Shown: positions 26,110-34,899 of the stretch, in pieces | Layout: every line of letters starts with the position of its first letter | Numbering within the stretch: position 1 is the stretch's first letter | Origin: Candidatus Nomurabacteria bacterium | Lineage (GTDB): Bacteria > Patescibacteriota > Minisyncoccia > Phycocordibacterales > UBA918 | NCBI GenBank assembly: GCA_020631995.1 | Contig: JACKGJ010000002.1 | Span: forward strand, 154,773 to 218,772 | Direction: 5' to 3' | Length of the DNA: 64,000 nt | Notes under the pieces: model-generated | What the model saw: the letters and a program-made list of their open reading frames with translations, nothing else | Database searches by the model: none | What the model was told of the DNA's origin: nothing | Made by a program: the position numbers and the translations under genes

Positions 26110-28233
26110 TTATTTCCAGCTCTGATCCGCGTACTTCGCTACCAGCGCTTCGACTTTTTTTCTGTTTTCCGTGTCAGTCTCTGACATACCTGTTCCTGCT
26201 CCATAAAGAGAGAAACCTAGTACGCTACCCTTCTTCACTACAAGGATGTAGGCGATGAAGAGTGCCCAGAGTGTAAGTACAGCGTAGAACAGGAAGGTAA
26301 GGAATGCTCCAGCCTCAAAACCAGTATATGGCACTTGAGTAAGGGCGATTACTAGAGCTTGGTCGCGCTTTTCGTAGACAGCGATATCATCAACATCGAC
26401 GTCTACCTTACAAGTACGACTTCCTCCATCTTCACCTTCAGCCTTCATTCTAAATTCAGTAGACTGATTGATGATAATATCGATTTCACCGTCGAGGTAC
26501 TTCTTACGCTTAGACGAACTGTAGTCATCAGTATCGAAGATGGTATTGCCACGATCGTCCTTGATTACAATTTCATCAACGTTTTTGGTTTCCCAAGAAA
26601 GGGTTACCTTCTCGCCACGCTTTACACGGTCTCTAGAGATATCAAGTTCACACTTTGGAGACTTCTTATTGTCATCTTCATCCTCAATTTCCACTCGTAC
26701 AGTACAGGTATCAGAACCGTTTGTACCAGTAGCAGTAAGGGTGAAGGTCGTGTCGTCGTTAATTTCTACCTTCTTAGATCCATCAGCAGATACGTTACCA
26801 ATACCCTGGTTGATGCTAACAGAAGTAGCGTTGGTGGTGTCCCATGTAAGGGTTACATCATCACCTTCTTCAACCTCGTCGTCAGAAACACGAAGGTATT
26901 CACAACGAGCAGCTTGAGTATCTGATTCTTTAGTTATTGTAACAGTACAAGAGTCACTACCTGATGTGCCGGTCGCAGTTAAAATAAAAGTAGTATTTGA
27001 GTTAACACGTACGGTCTTTGAACCGTCCATAGAAACTGAACCTACGCCATTATTGATCGATACTGAAGTGGTATTGGTAGTTTCCCAATTTAGAGTCACG
27101 TCAGCTCCTCCGGCTGGTACGGTGGTGCGACTAGCTCTCAAGAAGTCACACTTAGGAGCTTCATCTTCTGGCTCATCTTCAACAGTAACTTTTACAGTAC
27201 ACTTGTCAGTTCCACCATTACTATTCCATACGTCTAACCAAAATGTCTTTGAACCGTCTACGAAGACTGTCTTAGAACCGTTGAGGCTAATGTTTGGAGT
27301 AGTACCATAGTGATTAGACTCATTTGAGCCCCATAGAGTTACTCCGCTAGCGTTAGAAGTACTCCAAGAGAAGGTAACGTTACCTCCACCTGCGGGTACT
27401 TTAGTAGTACTAGCGTTTAGGTAGTTACAAACTGGTGCTGGTACATCGATTGGTGTGTCGACAGTAATAGACACGCTACACTTAGCTGACTGTCCAGCAC
27501 TGTTCCAAACATCCAACCAGACATTTTTAGAACCATTTACGAAGACTGTCTTAGAACCACTGAGACTGATATTAGGAGTAGTACCGTAGTGATTAGACTC
27601 TCCATTTCCCCAGAGTGTAGCACCACTGGCATTAGTTGTGCTCCAAGAGAAGGTAACGTTACCTCCACCTGCGGGTACTTTAGTAGTACTAGCGTTTAGG
27701 TAGTTACAAACTGGTGCTGGTACTTGAACTGGCTGTTCAACACTAACTGATGCAGTACACTTAGCAGTTTGACCTGCATTATTCCATACGTCTAACCAAA
27801 ATGTCTTAGATTCATCTACAAAGACGGTCTTAGAACCACTGAGACTGATATTAGGAGTAGTACCATAATGGTTAGATTCTCCAGCACCCCATAGGGTCAC
27901 TCCACTAGCGTTAGAAGTACTCCAAGAGAAGGTAACATTGCCCCCACCTGCAGGTACTTTAGAAGTACTGACATTAAGGTAACTACAAACTGGTGCTGGT
28001 GTAATAGGATCCAGCGGGCCGTCTCCACCACCAATATCACCGCTAGGAGAATCACCACCGCAACAACCACCACCAAAGTCAGCGTCCCAGGCTTCAGCTG
28101 AAGAAGCTGAAGTACTCAAAGAATCAGCTGACCCGCTTATCTGTGGCAACTGAGGTAATACTACAAACATCATCAATGACAAAGTAGCGATTGATGCAAC
28201 GCCGTAGATAGTAAATTTAATCGTATTGGTCAT
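26110..28233 (-). CDS. membrane-anchored surface protein with six Cys-bounded Ig-like repeats
   Basis: 707 aa. N-terminal signal/TM segment. Three 93-aa near-identical repeats (CNYLNASTTKVPAGGGNVTFSWST...) are followed by three diverged 82-90-aa repeats. The C-terminus has VPYTG, then a 29-aa hydrophobic segment, KK, and a 40-aa tail. Confidence 0.8.
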   Translation of the reverse strand: MTNTIKFTIYGVASIATLSLMMFVVLPQLPQISGSADSLSTSASSAEAWDADFGGGCCGGDSPSGDIGGGDGPLDPITPAPVCSYLNVSTSKVPAGGGNVTFSWSTSNASGVTLWGAGESNHYGTTPNISLSGSKTVFVDESKTFWLDVWNNAGQTAKCTASVSVEQPVQVPAPVCNYLNASTTKVPAGGGNVTFSWSTTNASGATLWGNGESNHYGTTPNISLSGSKTVFVNGSKNVWLDVWNSAGQSAKCSVSITVDTPIDVPAPVCNYLNASTTKVPAGGGNVTFSWSTSNASGVTLWGSNESNHYGTTPNISLNGSKTVFVDGSKTFWLDVWNSNGGTDKCTVKVTVEDEPEDEAPKCDFLRASRTTVPAGGADVTLNWETTNTTSVSINNGVGSVSMDGSKTVRVNSNTTFILTATGTSGSDSCTVTITKESDTQAARCEYLRVSDDEVEEGDDVTLTWDTTNATSVSINQGIGNVSADGSKKVEINDDTTFTLTATGTNGSDTCTVRVEIEDEDDNKKSPKCELDISRDRVKRGEKVTLSWETKNVDEIVIKDDRGNTIFDTDDYSSSKRKKYLDGEIDIIINQSTEFRMKAEGEDGGSRTCKVDVDVDDIAVYEKRDQALVIALTQVPYTGFEAGAFLTFLFYAVLTLWALFIAYILVVKKGSVLGFSLYGAGTGMSETDTENRKKVEALVAKYADQSWK
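27151..27987 (-). repeat. 3 x 279-bp in-frame tandem repeat inside the surface-protein gene
   Basis: CTCCAAGAGAAGGTAAC... recurs at 27362, 27641 and 27920, a period of 279 bp. Long stretches are identical between copies. Confidence 0.9.
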
Positions 28234-28269
28234 ATGTTTGAATAAATATTTTATAAAGGTTTGTAACTA

Positions 28270-28369
28270 CCGGATCATTCCGGATAACGTAGGCGGAATT
28301 CATAGTTCCGCCGTCGACATCCATAATGTTCAGTTCGTTGTGGTCGCGATGATCAATCATCGCGACCAC
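28270..28369. repeat. three consecutive G+C-rich hairpins between the Cys-rich gene and the surface-protein gene
   Basis: CCGGATCATTCCGG (28270..28283); GGCGGAA-TTCATAG-TTCCGCC (28292..28312); GTGGTCGCGATGAT-CA-ATCATCGCGACCAC (28340..28369). Confidence 0.7.
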
Positions 28370-28375
28370 CTTGAG

Positions 28376-28852
28376 TCAGTAGGTTTCAGGGCAATTCATT
28401 GCCTCGGAAGACCTGCGTGCGGCCGCATAGTTGGGCCTTGGTGCAAGTCGAGCTGAGTAACACGCAGCCCACCTATTCATACCTTCGCGCAACTGACGAC
28501 AGCACTTAGCGCACTCCTTCAGAAGTTTGCCGTCAACGATACGACCGAGGTCGACATCGTATGCTCCCTTCCGTGCATCGTAACTACGACATAGTGCAGC
28601 GCTGCGGTCCATTTCCCTGCTTGCTTGAGCACAATTGGATGGACTCACAGGACCCCATTGAGGGCCGCCGCGTGCCGCATTGTCTTGGCCTTTGATTTTG
28701 ACCTTGACCTTTTTCACACACTCGAGTCGTTCCGTGTTGAAGTAGTAACCAACACGACATGATTGGCTCGCTTCCGCGCTACCTGTGCTAACGACATTGA
28801 TGCCGAAGATGAAGGTGAAGACAGCGAGTGCGGAAAGAATATAGTGGCGCAT
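28376..28852 (-). CDS. secreted cysteine-rich hypothetical protein (158 aa), G+C-rich
   Basis: AAGGGAGGTG lies 4 nt upstream of the ATG. Signal-peptide-like N-terminus (MRHYILSALAVFTFIFGINVVSTGSAEA). Ten Cys. G+C is visibly higher than the flanks. Confidence 0.7.
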   Translation of the reverse strand: MRHYILSALAVFTFIFGINVVSTGSAEASQSCRVGYYFNTERLECVKKVKVKIKGQDNAARGGPQWGPVSPSNCAQASREMDRSAALCRSYDARKGAYDVDLGRIVDGKLLKECAKCCRQLREGMNRWAACYSARLAPRPNYAAARRSSEAMNCPETY

Positions 28853-28949
28853 AGTGCACCTCCCTTAGCTTGAATGAGTTGAACTGATTTTCTGAGAACA
28901 GAGGAACTAGTTAGATTTAGAGTATATCTCTAAACCTTTATTAACCAAT

Positions 28950-28978
28950 AGTTTAGCATACTCAACCCAAATTGTCAA
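28950..28978 (-). promoter_or_regulatory. candidate promoter of the Cys-rich gene
   Basis: The minus strand reads TTGACA (28973..28978), 17 nt, TAAACT (28950..28955). The -35 element overlaps the end of the 28-bp palindrome. Confidence 0.45.
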
Positions 28979-29003
28979 GGCCGTTCCCTAGGGAACGGCC
29001 TTG
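28976..29003. promoter_or_regulatory. perfect 28-bp palindrome (operator-like) overlapping the -35 element
   Basis: CAAGGCCGTTCCCTAGGGAACGGCCTTG, with 14+14 perfect arms and CTAG at the centre. A G7 homopolymer follows at 29005..29011. Confidence 0.5.
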
Positions 29004-29106
29004 AGGGGGGGCTCCTCTGCCACAGCGTTTTATGTCGAATTCACTATAGTGAAAGCGAGTACGTTCCATATATTGAGCCGTTCTGTCGACCTAACAATTA
29101 CAAATG

Positions 29107-29277
29107 CCAGATTTACTAGCAATGTCGCGTTCATCCCAGAGGCTCTGCCTCTGGGATGAACGCGACCATTTAAAACAGTATCGCCGGAGGGCGATTCCCT
29201 AGCTAGCAAAAACGCCTGGTTCCGACCGCGTAATGCCTCGGGATTCTATCCCGAGGATAGCGGGGCGGACGTTTTTA
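29107..29277 (-). repeat. GCTAG-box intergenic element, core type with 19-bp terminal hairpin (copy B)
   Basis: The minus strand reads TAAAAACGTCCGCCCCGCTAT-CCTCGGGA-TAGAA-TCCCGAGG-CATTACGCGGTCGGAACCAGGCGTTTTTGCTAGCTAGGGA-ATCGCC-CTCC-GGCGAT-ACTGTTTTAAATG-GTCGCGTTCATCCCAGAGG-CAGAG-CCTCTGGGATGAACGCGAC-ATTGCTAGTAAATCTGG. It begins on the sortase stop codon. Confidence 0.75.
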
Positions 29278-29946
29278 GAGCGCTTTTTTGGATACAAGCA
29301 CTGCTTCTACGATAAAACGGTCTTCTTTAGCCCCAAAAGTATTACAGGTCGCTAAAGTCAGGCGGGCACCATTGCTAGTCGTAGGAATAGATACAGCGCT
29401 AGCCTTAGCCTGATATACCTTATCTACACGATAGGTGTATTCAGTATCAGCGGATTTTAGGGTAATGGTATCTCCCCAAGTCATATTTTGAATACCGTTA
29501 AAGGCCTGGTAATTCTTGTTAAAAACGTTGTTTAAGTAGCTTGAGTGGCCAAGAATAAGCATATTTCCATTCTGGTCATTAAGGTCAGCTGAATCCGGGT
29601 GACGTACGACTCCCTTAAGGAGCGCAGCATCAAGGTCGGGGATAGACCGAGATGTTGGATTTAAAACGCTTACAGTACGGTCTAAGCTCCCTAGAGTGAT
29701 ACTTATAGGTTGTGCACTGCCATTATTATCAAGTAATACAGGAGTTTCCTCTACTTCTTTAGTGAGGGATGTTTCATCATTTTCATTTATCACTGTTTCT
29801 TCACTTTTTACTTCATCTTCTGGAGCTTCTGGCACGAAGTCAATAAAATACAAAAAACCGTAGCCAATCATCATCACAATAAAGAAAACACCCAGAAAAG
29901 CGCTGGCACTAGGTAGAATTTGGTTGAAGAAATATGAGAATTTCAT
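29275..29946 (-). CDS. sortase-family transpeptidase
   Basis: N-terminal TM segment, catalytic His (LILGHSSY), TLATC active-site motif (RLTLATCNTFG) and a downstream Arg (DRFIVEAV). The track start is TTG at 29982; I prefer ATG 29946 (MKFSYFF). Confidence 0.8.
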   Translation of the reverse strand: MKFSYFFNQILPSASAFLGVFFIVMMIGYGFLYFIDFVPEAPEDEVKSEETVINENDETSLTKEVEETPVLLDNNGSAQPISITLGSLDRTVSVLNPTSRSIPDLDAALLKGVVRHPDSADLNDQNGNMLILGHSSYLNNVFNKNYQAFNGIQNMTWGDTITLKSADTEYTYRVDKVYQAKASAVSIPTTSNGARLTLATCNTFGAKEDRFIVEAVLVSKKAL

Positions 29947-30049
29947 TTGTGCACATAATACACGAAATATTGGATTTGTCAATGATTGCTATTGACAAAA
30001 CAATATAAATAGGTATCATTGTCACAAATTCAGCAGATAACTTAATACT

Positions 30050-30799
30050 ATGAACGATATTAACAATACAGAAAGAAATGAACAGATGGTGAGAATTATG
30101 GCTGTCGTCGGTTTTGTTGTATTAATCTGTCTCTTAGCGTGGCTAGCTGTACAAGTTGTACGCTTCGTGCCTGTAGTGTTCTCTTCCCTTGCGGATGTTT
30201 TTGAAGAGAATCAGCGTGATTATGCGGAAAATGTTAATAGAGATGACGATGAGAACATTGTTGTAGTTATGGACAATACCGAAACAATCGATGAAGAACC
30301 AGTTATAGAGGATGAAGTAATAGTTGAGGAAGAACCTGTAGTAGATACTACTGATCCTTCAGTAGTCACTGGCGATACTCCAGTAGTGACTACTCCGGCA
30401 CCGATTCAATATAAAACTGTAACTACATACAAAAAACCAGTTTCTAACCCTAATGGTTTTACTGACCTTTCTATGTCCTTTGTTAGCGTAGGTAACCTTA
30501 ACTCTAACCAACGTTTTGTACCAGGTACTCTACCTGACAACGGACAAGGAGCAATGCAATTTATAGTTAAGAACTTAGGAACTAAAACATCGAGTGATTG
30601 GAACTTTAAGCTTGATTTGCCAAATGGTTCTACTATGACATCGAGTGTGCAAAAGCCACTTATGCCTAATGAAAGCTCAACGTTGACTGTTGTGTTCGAG
30701 ATGGACAAAGATTGGCACAACATAGGCGGAACTGTCCTTGGAGGCGGAGATGTAAATCTCGCTAACAATAGCTTCACTGCGAAGGTCGCCAAGCGATAA
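30050..30799 (+). CDS. membrane-anchored protein with acidic linker and CARDB-like Ig-fold C-terminal domain
   Basis: 249 aa. N-terminal TM segment (MAVVGFVVLICLLAWLAVQVV). The C-terminal segment (DLSMSFVSVGNL...FIVKNLGTKTSSDWNFKLDLPNG...STLTVVFEM) resembles CARDB domains. Confidence 0.6.
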   Translation: MNDINNTERNEQMVRIMAVVGFVVLICLLAWLAVQVVRFVPVVFSSLADVFEENQRDYAENVNRDDDENIVVVMDNTETIDEEPVIEDEVIVEEEPVVDTTDPSVVTGDTPVVTTPAPIQYKTVTTYKKPVSNPNGFTDLSMSFVSVGNLNSNQRFVPGTLPDNGQGAMQFIVKNLGTKTSSDWNFKLDLPNGSTMTSSVQKPLMPNESSTLTVVFEMDKDWHNIGGTVLGGGDVNLANNSFTAKVAKR

Positions 30800-30805
30800 A
30801 TATTT

Positions 30806-30856
30806 GAGACAAACAAAAAGCGACAAGGTATTGCCTTGTCGCTTTTTGTTTGTCTC
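30806..30856. terminator. bidirectional terminator (23-bp stem)
   Basis: GAGACAAACAAAAAGCGACAAGG-TATT-GCCTTGTCGCTTTTTGTTTGTCTC, between the convergent 30050 gene and gyrB. Confidence 0.8.
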
Positions 30857-30867
30857 ATCTTTTTTGT

Positions 30868-32925
30868 TTAAATATCCAAGTTGGCAGTACGGGCGTTCGA
30901 TTGGATGAATGACTTACGGTTCGCGACATCAGTACCCATTAATACATCAAATACTCTGTCTGCTTCTTCAGCATCATCAATATTAACTTGCTTCAAGACA
31001 CGATTTGCGGGGTTCATAGTCGTTTCCCATAGCTCCTCAGCGTTCATCTCTCCAAGTCCCTTGTAGCGCTGGATGCGAGCCTTTGAACTTTTCTTTGTTG
31101 TTACCTCTGCCTCCACCTCTGCGCCTTCTTCTACTGGCTCTTCAGGAGCATCTAAATCTATTTCCTCGTCTTCTATACCCACAATGGCAAACTTCTCTGC
31201 ATCAGTATAAGCATAACTAACCTCCTTTCCCTTTTGGATTTTGTATAGTGGTGGTTGAGCGATATATATAAATCCACCATCAATCAGTGGACGGAAATGG
31301 CGGAAAAGTAAGGTTAGTAGCAAGGTGCGGATGTGTGCACCGTCGACGTCAGCATCCGTAGCGATAATGAGCTTGTGGTAGCGTAGTCTACTAATATCAA
31401 ACACATCACCAATTGCAGTACCTAGAGCAACCACTAAGTTTTTAATCTGCTCACTAGCCAACATTTTATCAAGACGAGCTCGTTCTACGTTGAGGATTTT
31501 ACCGCGCAACGGCAAAACAGCCTGAGTTTTTCGATCTCGTCCCATTTTGGCTGAACCTCCCGCTGAGTCTCCCTCCACAATGAAGAGTTCAGAATCTTCA
31601 GCACGCTTAGACTGGCAGTCTGCCAGCTTCCCTGGAAGCGACATACCTTCTAGTGCTCCTTTACGAAGTACACTATCCTTGGCAGCCTTGGCAGCCTTAC
31701 GAGCCTTTACTGCAATAATCACCTTGTTCATTATCGCCTTAGCATCATCTGGATTTTCCTCCAAGAAAACATTGAATGCTTCACTGAATACAGACTCTAC
31801 TGCCCCACGAGCCTCTACTGACCCGAGCTTAGCCTTAGTCTGTCCTTCAAACTGAATTTCAGGCATCTTCACAGACACCACAACAGTTATACCTTCAAGT
31901 ACGTCGTCTCCTGTGAAGGCTTCATCCTTTTCTTTGAGGTAGTTATTCTTTTTGGCGTAGTTGTTTAGGGTGCGAGTCAGTGATGTTTTAAATCCGGTGA
32001 TGTGCGTGCCGTGTTCTGGGTTATAGATGTTGTTAGCAAAAGCAGAAATGCGTGGAGTAATATCATCTACATACTGCAAAGCAATCTCAACTGAAAATAC
32101 ACTCGGTGCAGGATCGAGCTTCTCGGTATAGAAAATATTCTTATGAATAGCTTTTTGGTGCAAGTTATTGAAAGCTACCAACGAACGTAAACCTTCTTCA
32201 AAGTAGAAGCTCATTGAAGGGGCTTCAACACCAAGGTCTCCCAAGTACATCTGTCCTTTAAGGTCGAGAGCATCCATATCAGCTTCAGAAAGTTCTCTAG
32301 CATCAATCACTGTGATACGTAAAGCTTTAACCAAATAAGCTTGCTGCCTCAGATGGCTAACGATACGCTTGTATTCGTAGTTTATCTCCTTAAAAATTGA
32401 AACATCAGCCTTGAAGGTGATGATGGTACCAGTCTGGTCAGACTTACCTACTTTCTTAACAGCGTACTTAGGCTTTCCGATTTTATACTCCTGCATATAG
32501 TACCCACCATCTCGGTGAACTTCTGCAATCATATGCTCAGAAAGTGCATTTACCACAGAACTACCTACTCCGTGTAGTCCACCAGATACTTTATAGCCAC
32601 TCTCAGCCCCTCCGAACTTACCACCGGCGTGTAGGGTGCAAAGAATCGTCTCGAGTGCTGAGACCCCACTTTGTTTATGCTTGTCTACTGGAATACCACG
32701 ACCATTATCGGACACTCTGATGTAGTTGTCAGGCAGAAGAGTTACCTCGATACGATTAGCAAAACCACCCATCGCTTCATCACGTGAGTTATCAAAAATC
32801 TCCCAAATAAGATGATGAAGACCATCGGGACCAGTGGTACCGATATACATTCCTGGACGTTTTCTAACTGGCTCTAGGCCTTCTAAAACACTGATTGCTG
32901 ACGCGTCATAACTACCTTTAGCCAT
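30868..32925 (-). CDS. gyrB: DNA gyrase subunit B
   Basis: 685 aa. GHKL ATPase N-terminus (LEGLEPVRKRPGMYIG), TOPRIM domain (ELFIVEGDSAGGSAK) and PLRGKILNVE. Confidence 0.97.
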   Translation of the reverse strand: MAKGSYDASAISVLEGLEPVRKRPGMYIGTTGPDGLHHLIWEIFDNSRDEAMGGFANRIEVTLLPDNYIRVSDNGRGIPVDKHKQSGVSALETILCTLHAGGKFGGAESGYKVSGGLHGVGSSVVNALSEHMIAEVHRDGGYYMQEYKIGKPKYAVKKVGKSDQTGTIITFKADVSIFKEINYEYKRIVSHLRQQAYLVKALRITVIDARELSEADMDALDLKGQMYLGDLGVEAPSMSFYFEEGLRSLVAFNNLHQKAIHKNIFYTEKLDPAPSVFSVEIALQYVDDITPRISAFANNIYNPEHGTHITGFKTSLTRTLNNYAKKNNYLKEKDEAFTGDDVLEGITVVVSVKMPEIQFEGQTKAKLGSVEARGAVESVFSEAFNVFLEENPDDAKAIMNKVIIAVKARKAAKAAKDSVLRKGALEGMSLPGKLADCQSKRAEDSELFIVEGDSAGGSAKMGRDRKTQAVLPLRGKILNVERARLDKMLASEQIKNLVVALGTAIGDVFDISRLRYHKLIIATDADVDGAHIRTLLLTLLFRHFRPLIDGGFIYIAQPPLYKIQKGKEVSYAYTDAEKFAIVGIEDEEIDLDAPEEPVEEGAEVEAEVTTKKSSKARIQRYKGLGEMNAEELWETTMNPANRVLKQVNIDDAEEADRVFDVLMGTDVANRKSFIQSNARTANLDI

Positions 32926-33008
32926 AGGATAAAAAACTTTATTAAGTCCTTATATTATAGCATATTCTGATATAAAGTCCCTTCTTAAATATGTACTAAT
33001 TTTGGGTA

Positions 33009-34898
33009 TTACCGAACCTCAAATCCCCTCTCTTTTATGGCATCGTATACAACTTCCATCACAACGTTTATCTCATCATCAGTGAGTGTTTTTTCGCTAG
33101 ACTGAAATACTAGTCGAAAAGCATAGGAAACCTTGTCATCCTTCTTAAATTCATCAAATAGAGTGGTGCGGACACGAAGTGGGCCGGCTTTTTCATTTAG
33201 TAGCTCTTCGATTTCATTCACACTTACACTCTCGTCTACCCACATAGCTATATCTCGAGTAATAGCCGGGTAAGAAGAAAATGGTTTATAGGTAAAGACT
33301 GGTTCTGGTTCTAGTTTTTTATAACTCTGAACTTCTGGTAATTTTGTCAGTAGTTCTCCAAGCTTAATTTCGACCACAGCTTCTGTGGCACTTGCTGTTA
33401 GTTCTACGCCTAACGCATCAGACAAGCCTTTTATGGCGTCAGTAACAATAAGGTCATCAGACTTGGCCTTGTATCCAGAAGGACTTTGTACTCCAAGTGC
33501 GAGTAGTAGTTCTTCTCCTGTTTCAGTAAAAACTGTACCAATCTCAAATATTCTAACTTGGCGCATTCCTAGAAGATCGGTGTATGGAGCGTTCTTTGTC
33601 AGAGCTTCCTTAATGTTAGTTTTCAAATCTCCACGCAAGTAACCCTTGTCGGATGCGAAAGCGTTGGCTAATTTAACTTTGTCTTCACTACGAAAAGAGC
33701 TGGTAAAGATTTCAGAGAATCCTTTTTTAATTAACACATCTCTTATGACCTCACTGTAGTAGAAGCGTTGGTTAATTTCAGTTTGTGCAATTGGCTCTGG
33801 AATGATTGCAGTAACATGCTCGTAGCCATAAATACGACCAATTTCTTCAATAACATCTTCTGCGATATTGAGGTCTGTGCGCTCAAATGGTGACGTAATT
33901 ACAAATTCTTCTCCATTTACTTTGTATTCCCAACCAAATCTGTCCATTACCGAAGTCACGTCACTCTCTATGAGTGATAGTCCAAGTACGTTGTTAATTT
34001 TTTCTAACGAAACAGTTACTGATGCCTGCTTGCTACTAATATTACCAACTTCACTGTAACCGACTAATTCTCCACCAGCTATCTCTAGAATCAAGTCTAC
34101 TACCGCCTTAAGTCCATAAGGAACCATCTCTGGCACTATACCGTTTTCATAGCGGGCCGAGGCATCCGAGCGAAGTTTTAGTCTACTGGCTGTTTTACGT
34201 GTAGTAATAGGGTCCCAGTTAGCAGTTTCAACAAAGATGTCGGTTGTAGCCTCACTTATACCTGACTCCATTCCTCCTTTAATGCCAGCAATACTCAAAG
34301 CTCTTTTGTCTGACAGGGTAGCAATAACCGTATCTTCTTCTGTGAAAGCGTACTCTGTTTCGTCGAGTGCCTTAAGAACCTCGCCTTTTTCTGCTTGGCG
34401 CACCAATACTCCCTCGCCTACTACGGACGCATCAAATGTATGAGAGGGTTGACCAATATCAAACATCACATAGTTACTCGCATCAACTATGTTGTTAATA
34501 CTGCGCTGTCCTAGGGCCTCAAGAGCATCTTTTAGCCACTTCGGTGAAGGCCCCACCTTTACGTCTTTTACTAATGCACCAGCAAATCGTCGACATGACT
34601 TAGATTCAACTTTGATTTTTACCAAATCAGATGCTGGAAGTAACTCGGGCTCAGTTTTGAGAGGGTCACTCTTAAGAGGCATCTTCAAAATTACAGAAAG
34701 ATCTTTAGCAATTCCTCGGTGTGACAATCCCCACATAGCTTTATCGGGTAGTACCTTTACATCGAAGACGGTGTCGTCATCTACTTTCTCGATACCATCA
34801 ATTTCCCAAGCATAAAAGGTAAGGGCTTCCCCTACCTTTTCTGGCTCTGGCAGAGTGTTGTCGAAATATTTATTTAACCAGTTATAGGATACGAGCAT
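33009..34898 (-). CDS. pheT: phenylalanyl-tRNA synthetase beta subunit (short form lacking the N-terminal OB/tRNA-binding insert)
   Basis: 629 aa. Contains a B3/B4 editing-domain motif (NNIVDASNYVMFDIGQPSHTFDA), B5, and a C-terminal FDX-ACB-like domain. It directly follows pheS. Confidence 0.9.
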   Translation of the reverse strand: MLVSYNWLNKYFDNTLPEPEKVGEALTFYAWEIDGIEKVDDDTVFDVKVLPDKAMWGLSHRGIAKDLSVILKMPLKSDPLKTEPELLPASDLVKIKVESKSCRRFAGALVKDVKVGPSPKWLKDALEALGQRSINNIVDASNYVMFDIGQPSHTFDASVVGEGVLVRQAEKGEVLKALDETEYAFTEEDTVIATLSDKRALSIAGIKGGMESGISEATTDIFVETANWDPITTRKTASRLKLRSDASARYENGIVPEMVPYGLKAVVDLILEIAGGELVGYSEVGNISSKQASVTVSLEKINNVLGLSLIESDVTSVMDRFGWEYKVNGEEFVITSPFERTDLNIAEDVIEEIGRIYGYEHVTAIIPEPIAQTEINQRFYYSEVIRDVLIKKGFSEIFTSSFRSEDKVKLANAFASDKGYLRGDLKTNIKEALTKNAPYTDLLGMRQVRIFEIGTVFTETGEELLLALGVQSPSGYKAKSDDLIVTDAIKGLSDALGVELTASATEAVVEIKLGELLTKLPEVQSYKKLEPEPVFTYKPFSSYPAITRDIAMWVDESVSVNEIEELLNEKAGPLRVRTTLFDEFKKDDKVSYAFRLVFQSSEKTLTDDEINVVMEVVYDAIKERGFEVR

Positions 34899-34899
34899 T

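Noticed and set aside
25942-26184. 80-aa plus-strand ORF after thrS
   Set aside because: It starts on a non-ATG codon, runs through the bidirectional terminator and overlaps the 3' end of the convergent surface-protein gene. It has no SD.
27151-27987. Regular 279-bp repeats considered as a possible CRISPR-like array
   Set aside because: The period is far too long, the repeats are contiguous without spacers, and they are in frame within a continuous 707-aa ORF. They are protein domain repeats.
29058-29069. TCACTATAGTGA, resembling the core of a T7-type promoter
   Set aside because: Only 8 nt match (CACTATAG). The upstream TAATACGA part is absent, and the string is simply a short palindrome.
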